A stretch of 64,000 nucleotides of DNA from Salinispira sp. (GTDB lineage: Bacteria > Spirochaetota > Spirochaetia > DSM-27196 > Salinispiraceae): assembly GCA_965226555.1 (NCBI GenBank), contig CBDDDG010000001.1:96001-160000 (forward strand). The letters are read 5' to 3'. Under the pieces are notes generated by a model. The model made no database searches. It had not been told where the DNA came from and saw only the letters and a program-made list of their open reading frames with translations. The position numbers and the translations under genes are program-made. This document shows positions 30,201 through 40,153 of the stretch, piece by piece. The number at the start of each line of letters is the position of its first letter. The stretch's first letter is position 1.

Positions 30201-31283
30201 ATGGATAAAAAAAAACTGGCTGTTTACTGTACAGATGTACACGATATAATGGACGCTTCCTTTTGTTCATTAATTTCTCAATATTATAGGTTATGTATTT
30301 TTGCACCGCCTGAGAAAATTAATTATTTGAAACAAAAAGAAATTGTTGCAGATTTTGTACCATACCCTAAAATGCTTCCTCAATGCTGGCTTTCTTCTGA
30401 TTCTCTGTTATTTTCTCTCGAAAAAAAAATACGTCAATTTTTTCTATTGGGGAAAGCGTTTTTTATTACAATAAAATTGAAACGTAGTCTTGAAACCCGT
30501 GGAATCAAAAATGTTGTTTTTACTACTACAAATCACTTAAGAGCATGGATGGCTCTTATTCCATGCAAGGTTCATTATCATGTATTTTTTCATAATATTC
30601 ACCACTGGTACAAAGTACAGCTGGACCAATACAGAGACAATCATAGCAAAGGGTTTCGTTTATTTTTAAGTTCCCTATTCTTGAAAAAAATAAAGAGTGG
30701 AGTTGTATTAACACAATACTTAAGAGAAGAAATTTCTCACTATACCAATATACCCATAGCAGTGTTTCCATTTGTTACATTTTCAGAGAATAGGTTGAAG
30801 CAAAGAGAGAAAATACTAAAAACAGTAACAATTCCTACTTTTACATTACTTGGGGCGGTAAACAATGAAAAAAAATATTATAAGCAAATTGTTGATGTCT
30901 TTGCAAAAATAACAAAAGAATATACATTAATCTTTCTTGGTCGGGTTATAAGTAATGAAGAAATACTATATGCCAAGCAGAAGCTGGGGAATAAAGTAGT
31001 TAGTTTTTCAGGTTATATAGAAGATGAAGAATATGAAAACACATTGTGCTCAAGCCACTTTATTATAAACAATAATTTAACAAAGCAACCTTATGGACTA
31101 TACAAGGCATCGGGAATGGAATTTGAAAGTGCAGTCTATTGTGTTCCGCTCATAAAAAAAGAAGGTGGGGATGATCAATATGAGGGAAATCTTGAAAAAC
31201 TAATAACAGATGCTATTTCGTCAGTACTAACGGGAAAATATTATGAACAATATGAAAAAATGAATGATCTTGCTTCGATTTAA
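30201..31283 (+). CDS. Putative glycosyltransferase, C-terminus replaced by an IS3 insertion (original end at 32614)
   Basis: AT-rich ORF with GT-B-like LLGAV...YGLYKASG. The last six codons and the stop come from the IS end; the frame resumes after the IS as KEKVLHEISIDSSHEIFMNIESCSQNE*. Confidence 0.65.
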   Translation: MDKKKLAVYCTDVHDIMDASFCSLISQYYRLCIFAPPEKINYLKQKEIVADFVPYPKMLPQCWLSSDSLLFSLEKKIRQFFLLGKAFFITIKLKRSLETRGIKNVVFTTTNHLRAWMALIPCKVHYHVFFHNIHHWYKVQLDQYRDNHSKGFRLFLSSLFLKKIKSGVVLTQYLREEISHYTNIPIAVFPFVTFSENRLKQREKILKTVTIPTFTLLGAVNNEKKYYKQIVDVFAKITKEYTLIFLGRVISNEEILYAKQKLGNKVVSFSGYIEDEEYENTLCSSHFIINNNLTKQPYGLYKASGMEFESAVYCVPLIKKEGGDDQYEGNLEKLITDAISSVLTGKYYEQYEKMNDLASI

Positions 31284-31327
31284 CGGACACTCTTCTAAGC
31301 ACGATACTATAGGGAGAGGAGAGTGTT

Positions 31328-31618
31328 ATGGAAACACGGAAAGTCAGAAAATTCTATGCTGAGGATTTTAAGGAACAGGCTGTGGAGCTTGCCAAAGAAA
31401 TTGGCACGAAGCAGGCGACGGAAAAGCTGGGTATAGCAAGTTATCATACCCTCGCGAAATGGGTTCGGAACGACCAGAAAGGTCCCGAGTTTCGGGAACT
31501 TCAGGAAGCCCTGGCCGAGAACAAACGATTGAGAAAGGAACTGCGCGCCGAGAAAAAGGCGGTGGCAATACTCAATGATGCAATGGTTTTTTTTTGCAGA
31601 AAGGAGAGCCTGAAATGA
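31328..31618 (+). CDS. IS3 transposase OrfA (HTH plus coiled coil)
   Basis: FYAEDFKEQAVEL...LGI...TLAKWV...ENKRLRKEL. Confidence 0.9.
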   Translation: METRKVRKFYAEDFKEQAVELAKEIGTKQATEKLGIASYHTLAKWVRNDQKGPEFRELQEALAENKRLRKELRAEKKAVAILNDAMVFFCRKESLK

Positions 31619-32499
31619 AGTATCGAGGAATTGAGCAGCTGAAGCAGACCGGACATGCTGTTGCACCATGCTGCAAACTTCTGAAGGTGTCCAGCTCGGG
31701 ATTCTATGACTGGCTTAAGAGAGAACCGTCCAAAAACACCCGCAGGGATGATGAGCTTACGGGTAAAATCCTGCGTGTGTATACTGAAAATAAGGGATGC
31801 TACGGTTCGCCCCGAATTCACCGGCTGCTGCATCTTCATGGTGAAGCAATCGGGAGGAACCGAGTCGCCCGGCTTATGAGGGAATCGGGGCTCAATGCGG
31901 GGAGAACGAAGGCATATCGCCCGCGAACAACAATGAGCAATCCATCCCAGAAGAAGTCTCCGCGGGTGTTTCGCATTGAAAGCTCCACGGTTACGAAAGC
32001 GAATGAGGTCTGGGCATCGGACCTCACGTACCTGCCCGCCGGCGCAGGATTTGCGTACCTTGTTGTGGTTCTGGACATCTATACCCGGGAAATTACGGGC
32101 TGGAATGTCAGTGATTCCATGGAGAGCACACAGACGGAAAAGGCTCTGTTACAGGCCGTACGGAGAACTCCCGGGGAGTTGAATAGCTTGGTCTTTCATT
32201 CAGATCAGGGAACGCAGTATTGCGCGCAGAGCATTCGAGACAAACTGGAAATGTTACATATTACCCAGTCGATGTCGAGAAGGGGGAATTGCTACGATAA
32301 TGCCTTTGTGGAAAGTTTTTTCCACACGCTGAAGAATGAGCTTGGTAAGCCGAGGTTTCAGAACCTTCAGGAGGCGCGGAAGATAGTTTTTGAATACATC
32401 AACTGGTATAACCGAGAGAGGCTTCATTCTTCTCTTGACTATATGAGTCCGATGAATTATGCTTTGAAAACAGCAGGAGAATCCTGTTGTGTTGCTTAG
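31615..32499 (+). CDS. IS3 transposase OrfB (DDE integrase core)
   Basis: YGSPRI, WASDLTY, FHSDQGTQY, SMSRRGNCYDNAFVESFFHTLKNE; ATGA overlap with orfA; T9 run at 31587-31595 is a candidate -1 frameshift site. Confidence 0.93.
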   Translation: MKYRGIEQLKQTGHAVAPCCKLLKVSSSGFYDWLKREPSKNTRRDDELTGKILRVYTENKGCYGSPRIHRLLHLHGEAIGRNRVARLMRESGLNAGRTKAYRPRTTMSNPSQKKSPRVFRIESSTVTKANEVWASDLTYLPAGAGFAYLVVVLDIYTREITGWNVSDSMESTQTEKALLQAVRRTPGELNSLVFHSDQGTQYCAQSIRDKLEMLHITQSMSRRGNCYDNAFVESFFHTLKNELGKPRFQNLQEARKIVFEYINWYNRERLHSSLDYMSPMNYALKTAGESCCVA

Positions 32500-32684
32500 C
32501 GGATTGTCCGAATTTTCGAAGCAAGATCAGAAAGAAAAAGTTCTCCATGAAATTTCTATAGATTCTTCGCATGAAATTTTTATGAACATTGAATCATGTT
32601 CTCAAAATGAATAAATTATGACTTCATTGAAAATTTACGAAAAGAATTATCGGTATAAAGCACCCCAAGGAGCAGGATAGTACA

Positions 32685-34502
32685 ATGCTTAAACAACTGT
32701 TATTACTTGCCCGACCCGGACGCGGCAAACAATTCATATTCGTAACCCTCATTATGCTTGCCAGTACAATAAGTGAACTTGCTATGTTAGGATTCTTGGG
32801 GCTTTTTATTACCTCCATACTAAATCCTGACGGAATTGCCGATAATGAATTTTTTCAGTTTCTGGATCAATTATTATCAATAAACATTACACAGAATTCT
32901 CTAACCTACATTATTACCTTTCTTGGTATTCTGGTTATTTTTGCTGCTGTTTTTAAAAGTCTGGTGCGTATATTATCTATCTATGCCATGAGCCGGTACA
33001 GCGAGGCTGTCGCTGGCGATGTTGTGTATGACGTTATACATAATTTACTACATGCCAATTATGAAAAAGTGCTCCTCCTCAATCGTTCTGAAATCATTCA
33101 GAATATTGAATGGAGAATGCATATAAGAGCATACCTACTTTCAATAATTTTTGTCATTGGTGAAATATCCGTGAGCGCGTTAATAATTACCGGCCTCATA
33201 ATAACCAATCCGCTTCCGAGCATGGTTTTACTCGTTCTGTTAGGACTCTTTGCCGTATGGGTATTTACCTTTTTAAAGCGGATAATTGATGTAAAATCTC
33301 AACAGGTTACACAATTGGCAGGGAATATTTTCACCGAACTTCGACATTACATTAATGGTTTCAAAGATTTACTCATTTCGTGTTCCGAAGAAAACATTCT
33401 CAGGGAAATCAAAACTAAATTCACCGTGTTTTCCAGAATTTCGGGCACTCAAATATTCTTTTCACAGTTGCCTGCAATTATTGTTGAAGCATTGGGTTTT
33501 ATTGTTCTTGCGGGACTGAGTATTGTTTTACTCAATACGGAGCTATTTTCAATAACCGACCTCATAACATTACTTACGGTTTTCGCTGTTGCGCTATGGA
33601 GGGTCATACCCGGCATGGTTCGCTCAATGAACCGTTTTGGGCAAATACAGGTGTCCCGTCCCTATATTCAACGAATAATTACTACCATAAACGAGTTGGG
33701 AAAGTACCCCCATGAATGGCAGAGTACGGGAAAAAACATTAGCAAAATACATACTCTTTCTTTTAGTAACGTAACCTACCAATACCAGACCCGACCTGAT
33801 GCTGCCCTCAAAAACATTACCTTTTCGGCAAAGAGAGGAGAAAAAATTGGCATTATTGGTTCTTCTGGATCGGGCAAGAGTACGTTGGTAGATATGTTAA
33901 TAGGTCTCATTTCGCCCCGGAATGGTGAAGTGCGTGTTAATGATACTTCCCTCATGCAGGTTAACCGCGATAACTGGTTAAACCAAATTGGGTATGTTTC
34001 GCAATCTCCCTTTTTTTGCGACAGCAGCATTGCAGAAAATATTATTTTTGGACATAACGGGGCAAACGCTAATGAAAAACACCTGCGGCATGTTTGCGAC
34101 TTGGCGTCCATGAATTATATTAATGACCTGCCCAATGGATTACATACGCGAATTGGTGAGAAGGGTGTTCAGCTCTCAGGAGGGCAACTTCAGCGCATTG
34201 CCATTGCTCGAACACTGTATAGAAACCCCGTTCTCATTATTTTCGATGAAGCCACCAGCGCGCTTGATAACAGTACTGAAAAATCAATTATGAATACCAT
34301 TTACTCCATACAGGGAATAACCATGTTTATTGTTGCTCACCGGCTTAGTACGGTAAAACGTTGCGACAACATTCTCTGGATTGAAAATGGAGAACTGCAA
34401 GACTATGGTCCGCCCGATGTTGTTATTCCGCGGTATGAATTATATACTGCCCAACATACACCGCAATATGAACCGCCCCTGGTTTACGAAAGGGAAATGT
34501 AA
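32685..34502 (+). CDS. ABC exporter with fused TMD and ATPase (PglK/MsbA-like)
   Basis: GSSGSGKST, LSGGQLQRIAIAR, IFDEATSALD, AHRLST. Confidence 0.92.
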   Translation: MLKQLLLLARPGRGKQFIFVTLIMLASTISELAMLGFLGLFITSILNPDGIADNEFFQFLDQLLSINITQNSLTYIITFLGILVIFAAVFKSLVRILSIYAMSRYSEAVAGDVVYDVIHNLLHANYEKVLLLNRSEIIQNIEWRMHIRAYLLSIIFVIGEISVSALIITGLIITNPLPSMVLLVLLGLFAVWVFTFLKRIIDVKSQQVTQLAGNIFTELRHYINGFKDLLISCSEENILREIKTKFTVFSRISGTQIFFSQLPAIIVEALGFIVLAGLSIVLLNTELFSITDLITLLTVFAVALWRVIPGMVRSMNRFGQIQVSRPYIQRIITTINELGKYPHEWQSTGKNISKIHTLSFSNVTYQYQTRPDAALKNITFSAKRGEKIGIIGSSGSGKSTLVDMLIGLISPRNGEVRVNDTSLMQVNRDNWLNQIGYVSQSPFFCDSSIAENIIFGHNGANANEKHLRHVCDLASMNYINDLPNGLHTRIGEKGVQLSGGQLQRIAIARTLYRNPVLIIFDEATSALDNSTEKSIMNTIYSIQGITMFIVAHRLSTVKRCDNILWIENGELQDYGPPDVVIPRYELYTAQHTPQYEPPLVYEREM

Positions 34503-34512
34503 ATCTATAATG

Positions 34513-34746
34513 ATGGGTACTATGGTATACACAAAGAGATACCCGGAGGAGACTCGGGAGAATACCCGGTGGTCGAATATTCGCTGTCGTGTGGAACCTG
34601 TGTTTGCGCAGCGAAAGGGGGCATTGAGATTTCGGCAGGTCAGGCGGAAGGGACTGAAAAGAGCGAGATTTGAGATTGGTTTGGGAAATATGGTCTACAA
34701 CATGCAGAGAATGTGTTTTTTGATCAATCGGTTGCAGTCGGGATAA
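34513..34746 (+). pseudogene. C-terminal fragment of an IS5/IS1182-type DDE transposase
   Basis: RCRVEPVFAQRKG...RRKGLKRARFEIGL.NMVYNM motif; the rest of the gene is absent. Confidence 0.75.
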
Positions 34747-34840
34747 GGCAACACCCCGAAAAAGTATGAAAGAAACAAGCGGAAAACACCGAAAAACGGG
34801 GGCGCAAAACAAAAACCTCTGCAAAAAATGGGCAGAAGTG

Positions 34841-34869
34841 TTGACATATACGTATTTTTTGGTGATACT
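34841..34869 (+). promoter_or_regulatory. Sigma70-like promoter
   Basis: TTGACA-17 bp-GATACT upstream of the Wzz-like gene. Confidence 0.45.
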
Positions 34870-34961
34870 CAGAGTACAGTGGAGCTTAAAAAAACGTTAT
34901 TTCCGCGATGCAGTGTGAAATACCCGCGTTTCCAGAGCTTCCCAAAATAATGGAGGAACCC

Positions 34962-35831
34962 ATGAATGAATCAACGCAGGAAGCCATAAACACTTCCGAG
35001 AATGCCGACTACCTTACAATAGGCGACATAATAGCATTTTTTGCGGCATACCGAAAACTCATTCTCATTCCCACTGTCGTGCTCAGCATACTCCTGTTCA
35101 TTTTCCTTATTTTTACACCGCTACTGACCCGCTTTGTCAATCCAAACACTAGTAATGCCTATGTAACAGTCATATCAGTTCCTTCAAGTGTTCAATCGGC
35201 ATTAATTATGCAGCAGTCAGTACAGCAACAAATTACCACCCTGTTGAACAGCCCCCCATTTCTCTTAGACGTACTTAATAGTTTTGATAGTGAATATCTA
35301 AAAATTGATTCTTATGAGAAAATTTCCGATATTGTGCAGCATAGGTGGATAGGGAGTAACTTGACTATAACGGTACGCTTGGATAATAGTGAAGACTTTC
35401 TGAAACTATTGCTGAACAAGCTAACTATGGAAATTACCGCAGAACTGAATAGCCTATACGAGCTGTACTTAGTCCGAAACGATAGCATTCTGGCGCAGGT
35501 CGAGCAATTGTTAAGTTCGTACTTCGTGGAAGAATGGACTCCCGAATCGCTCATAGGAATTAGCGTGCTGAATTTTGTTAACCAACGTTTATCGGTAATA
35601 GGTTACTTTGGCGATGGAATAATTACTATTTGGGAGAATAATCAAATATTAATAGAAGAGCCGAACGAAAATATCGGCATTAGTACATCCATCATTTTTA
35701 TGATATCTGCCATAGCAGCAAATTTCATTCTATTTTCCGTATTGGCTCTCATCGTCAATTTTTTCAGGAGCATCCAGAACAACCCTGTGGAAAAAGAAAA
35801 AATCCGCAACGCGCTGAGCTCAACGAAATAG
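34962..35831 (+). CDS. Hypothetical 2-TM protein with Wzz/chain-length-regulator-like topology
   Basis: GGAGG SD; YLTIGDIIAFF.AYRKLI followed by N- and C-terminal TM segments. Confidence 0.6.
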   Translation: MNESTQEAINTSENADYLTIGDIIAFFAAYRKLILIPTVVLSILLFIFLIFTPLLTRFVNPNTSNAYVTVISVPSSVQSALIMQQSVQQQITTLLNSPPFLLDVLNSFDSEYLKIDSYEKISDIVQHRWIGSNLTITVRLDNSEDFLKLLLNKLTMEITAELNSLYELYLVRNDSILAQVEQLLSSYFVEEWTPESLIGISVLNFVNQRLSVIGYFGDGIITIWENNQILIEEPNENIGISTSIIFMISAIAANFILFSVLALIVNFFRSIQNNPVEKEKIRNALSSTK

Positions 35832-35927
35832 GAGATAATAGTTGCGAAATGGCGTCCGTCCAAAACTTTCAGTTATTCTGTTCTGCGGATATTTCATCAT
35901 CCTGCTCCCACAGATAAATATGCCGAA

Positions 35928-36938
35928 ATGCTGAAAAAAATGGGTTGTACCGTGCGCGGGCTGCGCTTTTCTCCAGATAGCCTGAACCCCCTAACAGATT
36001 TTTTTCTCGTAGTAAAATTGTTTTTTCATTATCGCTATTACAGACCCGATATAGTTATGCTATATACCGTTAAACTTAATATTTATGGTTCCATAGCAAG
36101 TCAACTCCTTGCAATTCCGCAAATAAGCACTGTAACCGGACTTGGACCAACGTTCGATACAAATAATTGGCTAACCAGTTTTGTGAGCGCATTGTACCGT
36201 ATCGCTTTATGGCCTGCGGAAAAGGTATTTTTTCAGAATGAATCGAATGCCGAGACCTTTGCCTCACGCAAAATAGTGAGAAGAGAACAAATTGTACGCG
36301 TTACTGGTTCTGGAGTAGATCTAACACATTTCACCCCAGAGCGATCTCCCGGTTCCCATCTGTTTCAACAAGGAACAAACTTTCTCCTCATAGCGCGCAT
36401 GCTCTGGACTAAGGGAATTGGAGAATATGTTGAAGCTGCGCGGCTCATAAAACAGGAATATACCAATGTTGAATTTTACCTGTTAGGGCCATCCGGTGCG
36501 GGAAATTCGGCAGCAGTATCTCAGGCGCGCATTGACGAATGGATGAGTGAGGGACTTGTGCAGCACTTGGGAGTTTGCGATGATGTGCGGCCCTACATAG
36601 CCTCCGCAAGCTGTGTGGTACTTCCGTCATACTACCATGAGGGATTATCCCGCGTACTCATGGAAGCAGCCGCCATGGCCGTACCCGTTATTACAACAGA
36701 TTGGGCGGGTTGTCGCGAAACTGTAGAAAATGGCATAACAGGGTATCTCTGTCAGCCGAGGAATGCCGTATCTCTCCACGAACAAATAAAGAAATTTATT
36801 TCCCTCTCTGCCGATGAACAGCAAACAATGGGCGAACAGGGACGGAAAAAAGCCGAGCAGGAATTCGACAAGAAAGTTGTTGCAAAAAAATACATGAGCG
36901 AAATGAAACAAATTCTTTTTCAGGATCATAAACAATAA
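35928..36938 (+). CDS. Glycosyltransferase family 4 (PglA/CapM-like), N-terminus apparently truncated
   Basis: YTVKLNIYG, TGLG, FFQN, GSGVD, ARMLWTKG..EY, LPSYYHEG..RVLMEA, TTDWAGCRE. Confidence 0.85.
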   Translation: MLKKMGCTVRGLRFSPDSLNPLTDFFLVVKLFFHYRYYRPDIVMLYTVKLNIYGSIASQLLAIPQISTVTGLGPTFDTNNWLTSFVSALYRIALWPAEKVFFQNESNAETFASRKIVRREQIVRVTGSGVDLTHFTPERSPGSHLFQQGTNFLLIARMLWTKGIGEYVEAARLIKQEYTNVEFYLLGPSGAGNSAAVSQARIDEWMSEGLVQHLGVCDDVRPYIASASCVVLPSYYHEGLSRVLMEAAAMAVPVITTDWAGCRETVENGITGYLCQPRNAVSLHEQIKKFISLSADEQQTMGEQGRKKAEQEFDKKVVAKKYMSEMKQILFQDHKQ

Positions 36939-37206
36939 TGCAAAATATAAAGCAACCCATATGTTCTCAAATCAAGGAGTTTATAACCAATGACGGTAAT
37001 CGGTAAAGGCACAGTACTGTCTATTCCAAGCGATATCCAGAATGGGCTGTCTTTTAATCTGGTAAATAGAATAAGACGCATTTGAATAGTCCAACATTCA
37101 TTTGGAATGCGCTGAATATCTGAGCATTCCTGAAGGAACTGGCATGTAAGGTTGAGCAAAATGTTGATATCATCCGCTCTGCGCGCAGGCCGAGCGGCGC
37201 CAATTA

Positions 37207-37494
37207 TTAATGCGATCCGTTCCGCACTGTCCGCATTTCCTCATCGCTCAGCCCGGTAATTCTCTGAACAGCCTCTGTCGACAAGCCTTCCAAAAACATA
37301 CTGCGGGCGTTTTTTCTCCGCTCCTCAATATGCCCCTCAGCGCGACCTTTCAGAATACCCTTTTCCATACCCTTCGCAATGCCCTCAGCCCGGCCCTTTG
37401 TGATACCCTGCTCAAGACCCTCAACACGGCCTTTCAGAATACCCTTCTCCATGCCTTCCCTGACGAAGGCGTTGGTTATGTTATATGTCCGCAT
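37207..37494 (-). CDS. Internal small C-terminal protein (RpnS-like), 95 aa
   Basis: GAAGGAGAAAACAGT-ATG internal SD and start; EG/KG tetrapeptide repeats. Confidence 0.65.
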   Translation of the reverse strand: MRTYNITNAFVREGMEKGILKGRVEGLEQGITKGRAEGIAKGMEKGILKGRAEGHIEERRKNARSMFLEGLSTEAVQRITGLSDEEMRTVRNGSH

Positions 37495-37940
37495 ACTGTT
37501 TTCTCCTTCAGGATATAGTTTCCTGTTAATTTTCTCAAACTGTTCATACAGTCCCAAGTCCTTCAGGTAGCCCAGCACACTCTCTGCCAGATCAGTAAAG
37601 TCTTGTGAAGACAGACCGTTCAGGAGCTGCGCAATTTCTTTCAGCCCCTCAGTGTCCATTTCATTATCTCGCATTATATACCACAATGCAGTCGATGTAT
37701 ATCGGTTTTCATCGGAACGCCATGCCAACTGTTTCTTTGTCATTCTACAAAGATCGCGCACAATGTACGACACTTTCACCCTGACATCTACCGTGCCTTC
37801 AATCATAGATTCGAAAGCAGCATTTCCATGCGAACTGTAAAATGTGAGTGGGAGGTTCCATTCCTTTTTTCCATGGTAGAGCAGCAGTATATAGATAGCA
37901 TCATTTTCATTGTACACATTGCTGTTTCTGAGGGCATGCT

Positions 37941-38071
37941 ACAGAAACTTTTGCTACTGGAAATTGTGCAGAGCACAATTTCCAGTAGCAAAAGTTTCAA
38001 ATTCGGAATGCTTTCTTTGTGCTTAGCATTCTCCTATTTCATAGAAAGTTTTGCCTGTGGCAAAACTTTGT
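37941..38071 (-). mobile_element. 131-bp MITE/REPIN-like hairpin element inserted in Rpn copy 1
   Basis: Absent from intact copy 2 (GCATGCT|GATAATT). Perfect 26-bp stem with AGA loop and an 11-bp stem with TGT loop; ACA...TGT ends; no clear TSD. Confidence 0.85.
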
Positions 38072-38641
38072 GATAATTATCGATTTGAGTGAGCGCATGT
38101 TTATGCTGGTAGCTTTTGTGTTCAATAATGAACAGGGCTTTCCGGTCGGGGTCTGACAGGAAGGGGGCGCTGACAACGAGATCGCAGTGAATGTTCTTTT
38201 TTCCCGCAATGTAGCTGGGGTTTTCAATGCGGATTTTGTCCATGTCCAGCTTGGCAAGAGTTGTATCCTCACAGAACAGCCGCAGCAGGTCGAGAATCAT
38301 ACGGGGGGTTCTGTAGTAGGCGATCTTGAAGGCTATGTCGTGGATGTTGCCTGTGCTATGGGATGATTTTTTCATATTCTTCCTCCTACATCTGTGACGG
38401 GAGAAAAACGAGATATGAATGACAAAATGAGAAATTTTTGTGAAATTTTGTAATTATTTTTTTAGAAGGGTATGTTCCCGGAAACATCCGAGCATGATGA
38501 ACAGGCAGTTCAGGATCTGGCGCGAGAGTTTATGCAGACAGGAGCTGCAACGCGGGTCGCGCTGCAACTCCTGTTTAATTTAATCTGTTCCAGACGCATG
38601 GGTGAGCCGGATGCGTGGTCGAGCAGGCCGAGCGGCGATAA

Positions 38642-38917
38642 TTAATGCGATCCATTCCGCACTGTCCGCATTTCCTCATCGCTCAGCCCGGTAATTCTCT
38701 GAACGGCCTCTGTCGACAAGCCTTCCAAAAACATACTGCGGGCGTTTTTTCTCCGCTCCTCAATATGCCCCTCAGCACGACCTGTTCGCAGACCTTTCAG
38801 AATGCCTTTCTCCATGCCCTGCTCAAGACCCTCAGCGCGACCTTTCAGAATACCCTTTTCCATACCTTTCTCCATACCTTCCCTGACGAAGGCGTTGGTT
38901 ATGTTATATGTCCGCAT
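38642..38917 (-). CDS. Internal small C-terminal protein (RpnS-like), 91 aa
   Basis: Same internal AGGAG SD and ATG. Confidence 0.65.
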   Translation of the reverse strand: MRTYNITNAFVREGMEKGMEKGILKGRAEGLEQGMEKGILKGLRTGRAEGHIEERRKNARSMFLEGLSTEAVQRITGLSDEEMRTVRNGSH

Positions 38918-39667
38918 ACTGTTTTCTCCTTCAGGGTACAGTTCCCTGTTAATTTTCTCAAACTGTTCATACAGTCCCAAATCTTTTAGATAACCCAGCA
39001 CACTCTCTGCCAGATCAGTAAAGTCTTGTGAAGACAGACCGTTCAGGAGCTGCGCAATCTCTTTCAGCCCCTCAGCATCAATCTCATTATCTCGCATTAT
39101 ATACCACAACGCAGTCGATGTATATCGTTTTTCATCAGAACGCCATGCCAACTGTTTCTTTGTCATTCTACAAAGATCGCGCACAATGTACGACACTTTC
39201 ACCCTGACATCTACCGTGCCTTCAATCATAGATTCGAAAGCAGCATTTCCATGCGAACTGTAAAATTCGCGCTGGAGGTTCCATTCCTTTTTTCCATGGT
39301 AGAGCAGCAGTATATAGATAGCATCTTTTTCATTGTACACATTGCTGTTTCTGAGGGCATGCTGATAATTATCGATTTGAGTGAGCGCATGTTTATGCTG
39401 GTAGCTTTTGTGTTCAATAATGAACAGGGCTTTCCGGTCGGGGTCTGATAAGAAGGGGGCGCTGACAACGAGATCGCAGTGAAGGTTCTTTTTTCCCGCA
39501 ATGTAGCTGGGGTTTTCAATGCGGATTTTGTCCATGTCCAGCTTGGAAAGCGTTGTATCCTCACAGAACAGCCGCAGCAGGTCGGGAATCATACGGGGGG
39601 TTCTGTAGTAGGCGATCTTGAAGGCTATGTCGTGGATATGGCCTGTGCTGTGGGATGATTTTTTCAT
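38642..39667 (-). CDS. Rpn/YhgA-family PD-(D/E)XK nuclease copy 2 (341 aa)
   Basis: AGGAGG SD before MKKSSH; HDIAFK, CDLVV, IEHKS, LLYHG, C-terminal EG/KG repeats and ITGLS. Confidence 0.9.
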   Translation of the reverse strand: MKKSSHSTGHIHDIAFKIAYYRTPRMIPDLLRLFCEDTTLSKLDMDKIRIENPSYIAGKKNLHCDLVVSAPFLSDPDRKALFIIEHKSYQHKHALTQIDNYQHALRNSNVYNEKDAIYILLLYHGKKEWNLQREFYSSHGNAAFESMIEGTVDVRVKVSYIVRDLCRMTKKQLAWRSDEKRYTSTALWYIMRDNEIDAEGLKEIAQLLNGLSSQDFTDLAESVLGYLKDLGLYEQFEKINRELYPEGENSMRTYNITNAFVREGMEKGMEKGILKGRAEGLEQGMEKGILKGLRTGRAEGHIEERRKNARSMFLEGLSTEAVQRITGLSDEEMRTVRNGSH

Positions 39668-39925
39668 AAACATTCCTCCTACATCTGTGACGGGAGAAAA
39701 ACGAGATATGAATGACAAAATAAGAAATTTTTGTGAAATTTTGTAATTATTTTTTTTAGAAGGGTATGTTCCCGGAAACATCCGAGCATGATGAACAGGC
39801 AGTTCAGGATCTGGCGCGAGAGTTTATGCAGACAGAGCTGCAACGCGGGTCGCGCTGCAACTCCTGTTTAATTTAATCTGTTCCAGACGCATGGGTGAGC
39901 CGGATGCGTGGTCGAGCGCCAATTA

Positions 39926-40153
39926 TTAATGCGATCCGTTCCGCACTGTCCGCATTTCCTCATCGCTCAGCCCGGTAACCTTCCGAACGTCATCTGCTGA
40001 AAGTCCTATGGAAAACATACTGCGGGCGTTTTTTCTCCGCTCCTCAATATGCCCCTCAGCGCGACCTTTCAGAATGCCCTTCTCCATTCCTTTCAGAATA
40101 CCTTTCGCAATGCCTTCCCTGACGAAGGCGTTGGTTATGTTATATGTCCGCAT
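39926..40153 (-). CDS. Internal small C-terminal protein (RpnS-like), 75 aa
   Basis: Same internal AGGAG SD and ATG. Confidence 0.65.
   Translation of the reverse strand: MRTYNITNAFVREGIAKGILKGMEKGILKGRAEGHIEERRKNARSMFSIGLSADDVRKVTGLSDEEMRTVRNGSH

Larger units (their letters stand above)
31265..32529 (+). mobile_element. IS3-family insertion sequence, 1265 bp
   Basis: TIRs TGATCTTGCTTCGA...GGACA and TGTCC...TCGAAGCAAGATCA (TG...CA ends); 3-bp TSD GAA at 31262-31264 and 32530-32532. Confidence 0.95.
37207..38375 (-). pseudogene. Rpn/YhgA-family PD-(D/E)XK nuclease copy 1, broken by a 131-bp insertion
   Basis: HDIAFK, HCDLVV, IIEHKS; the frame enters the insert (YHKVLPQAKLSMK*) and resumes after it. 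Confidence 0.88.

Noticed and set aside
36990..37085. Short ORF MTVIGKGTVL... after AAGGAG
   Set aside because: 31 codons with no recognisable similarity; cannot be supported as a gene or remnant
37941..38071. 130-bp inserts as tRNA or self-splicing introns
   Set aside because: No cloverleaf/T-arm consensus and too short for group I/II cores; RNA-level removal cannot be shown from sequence
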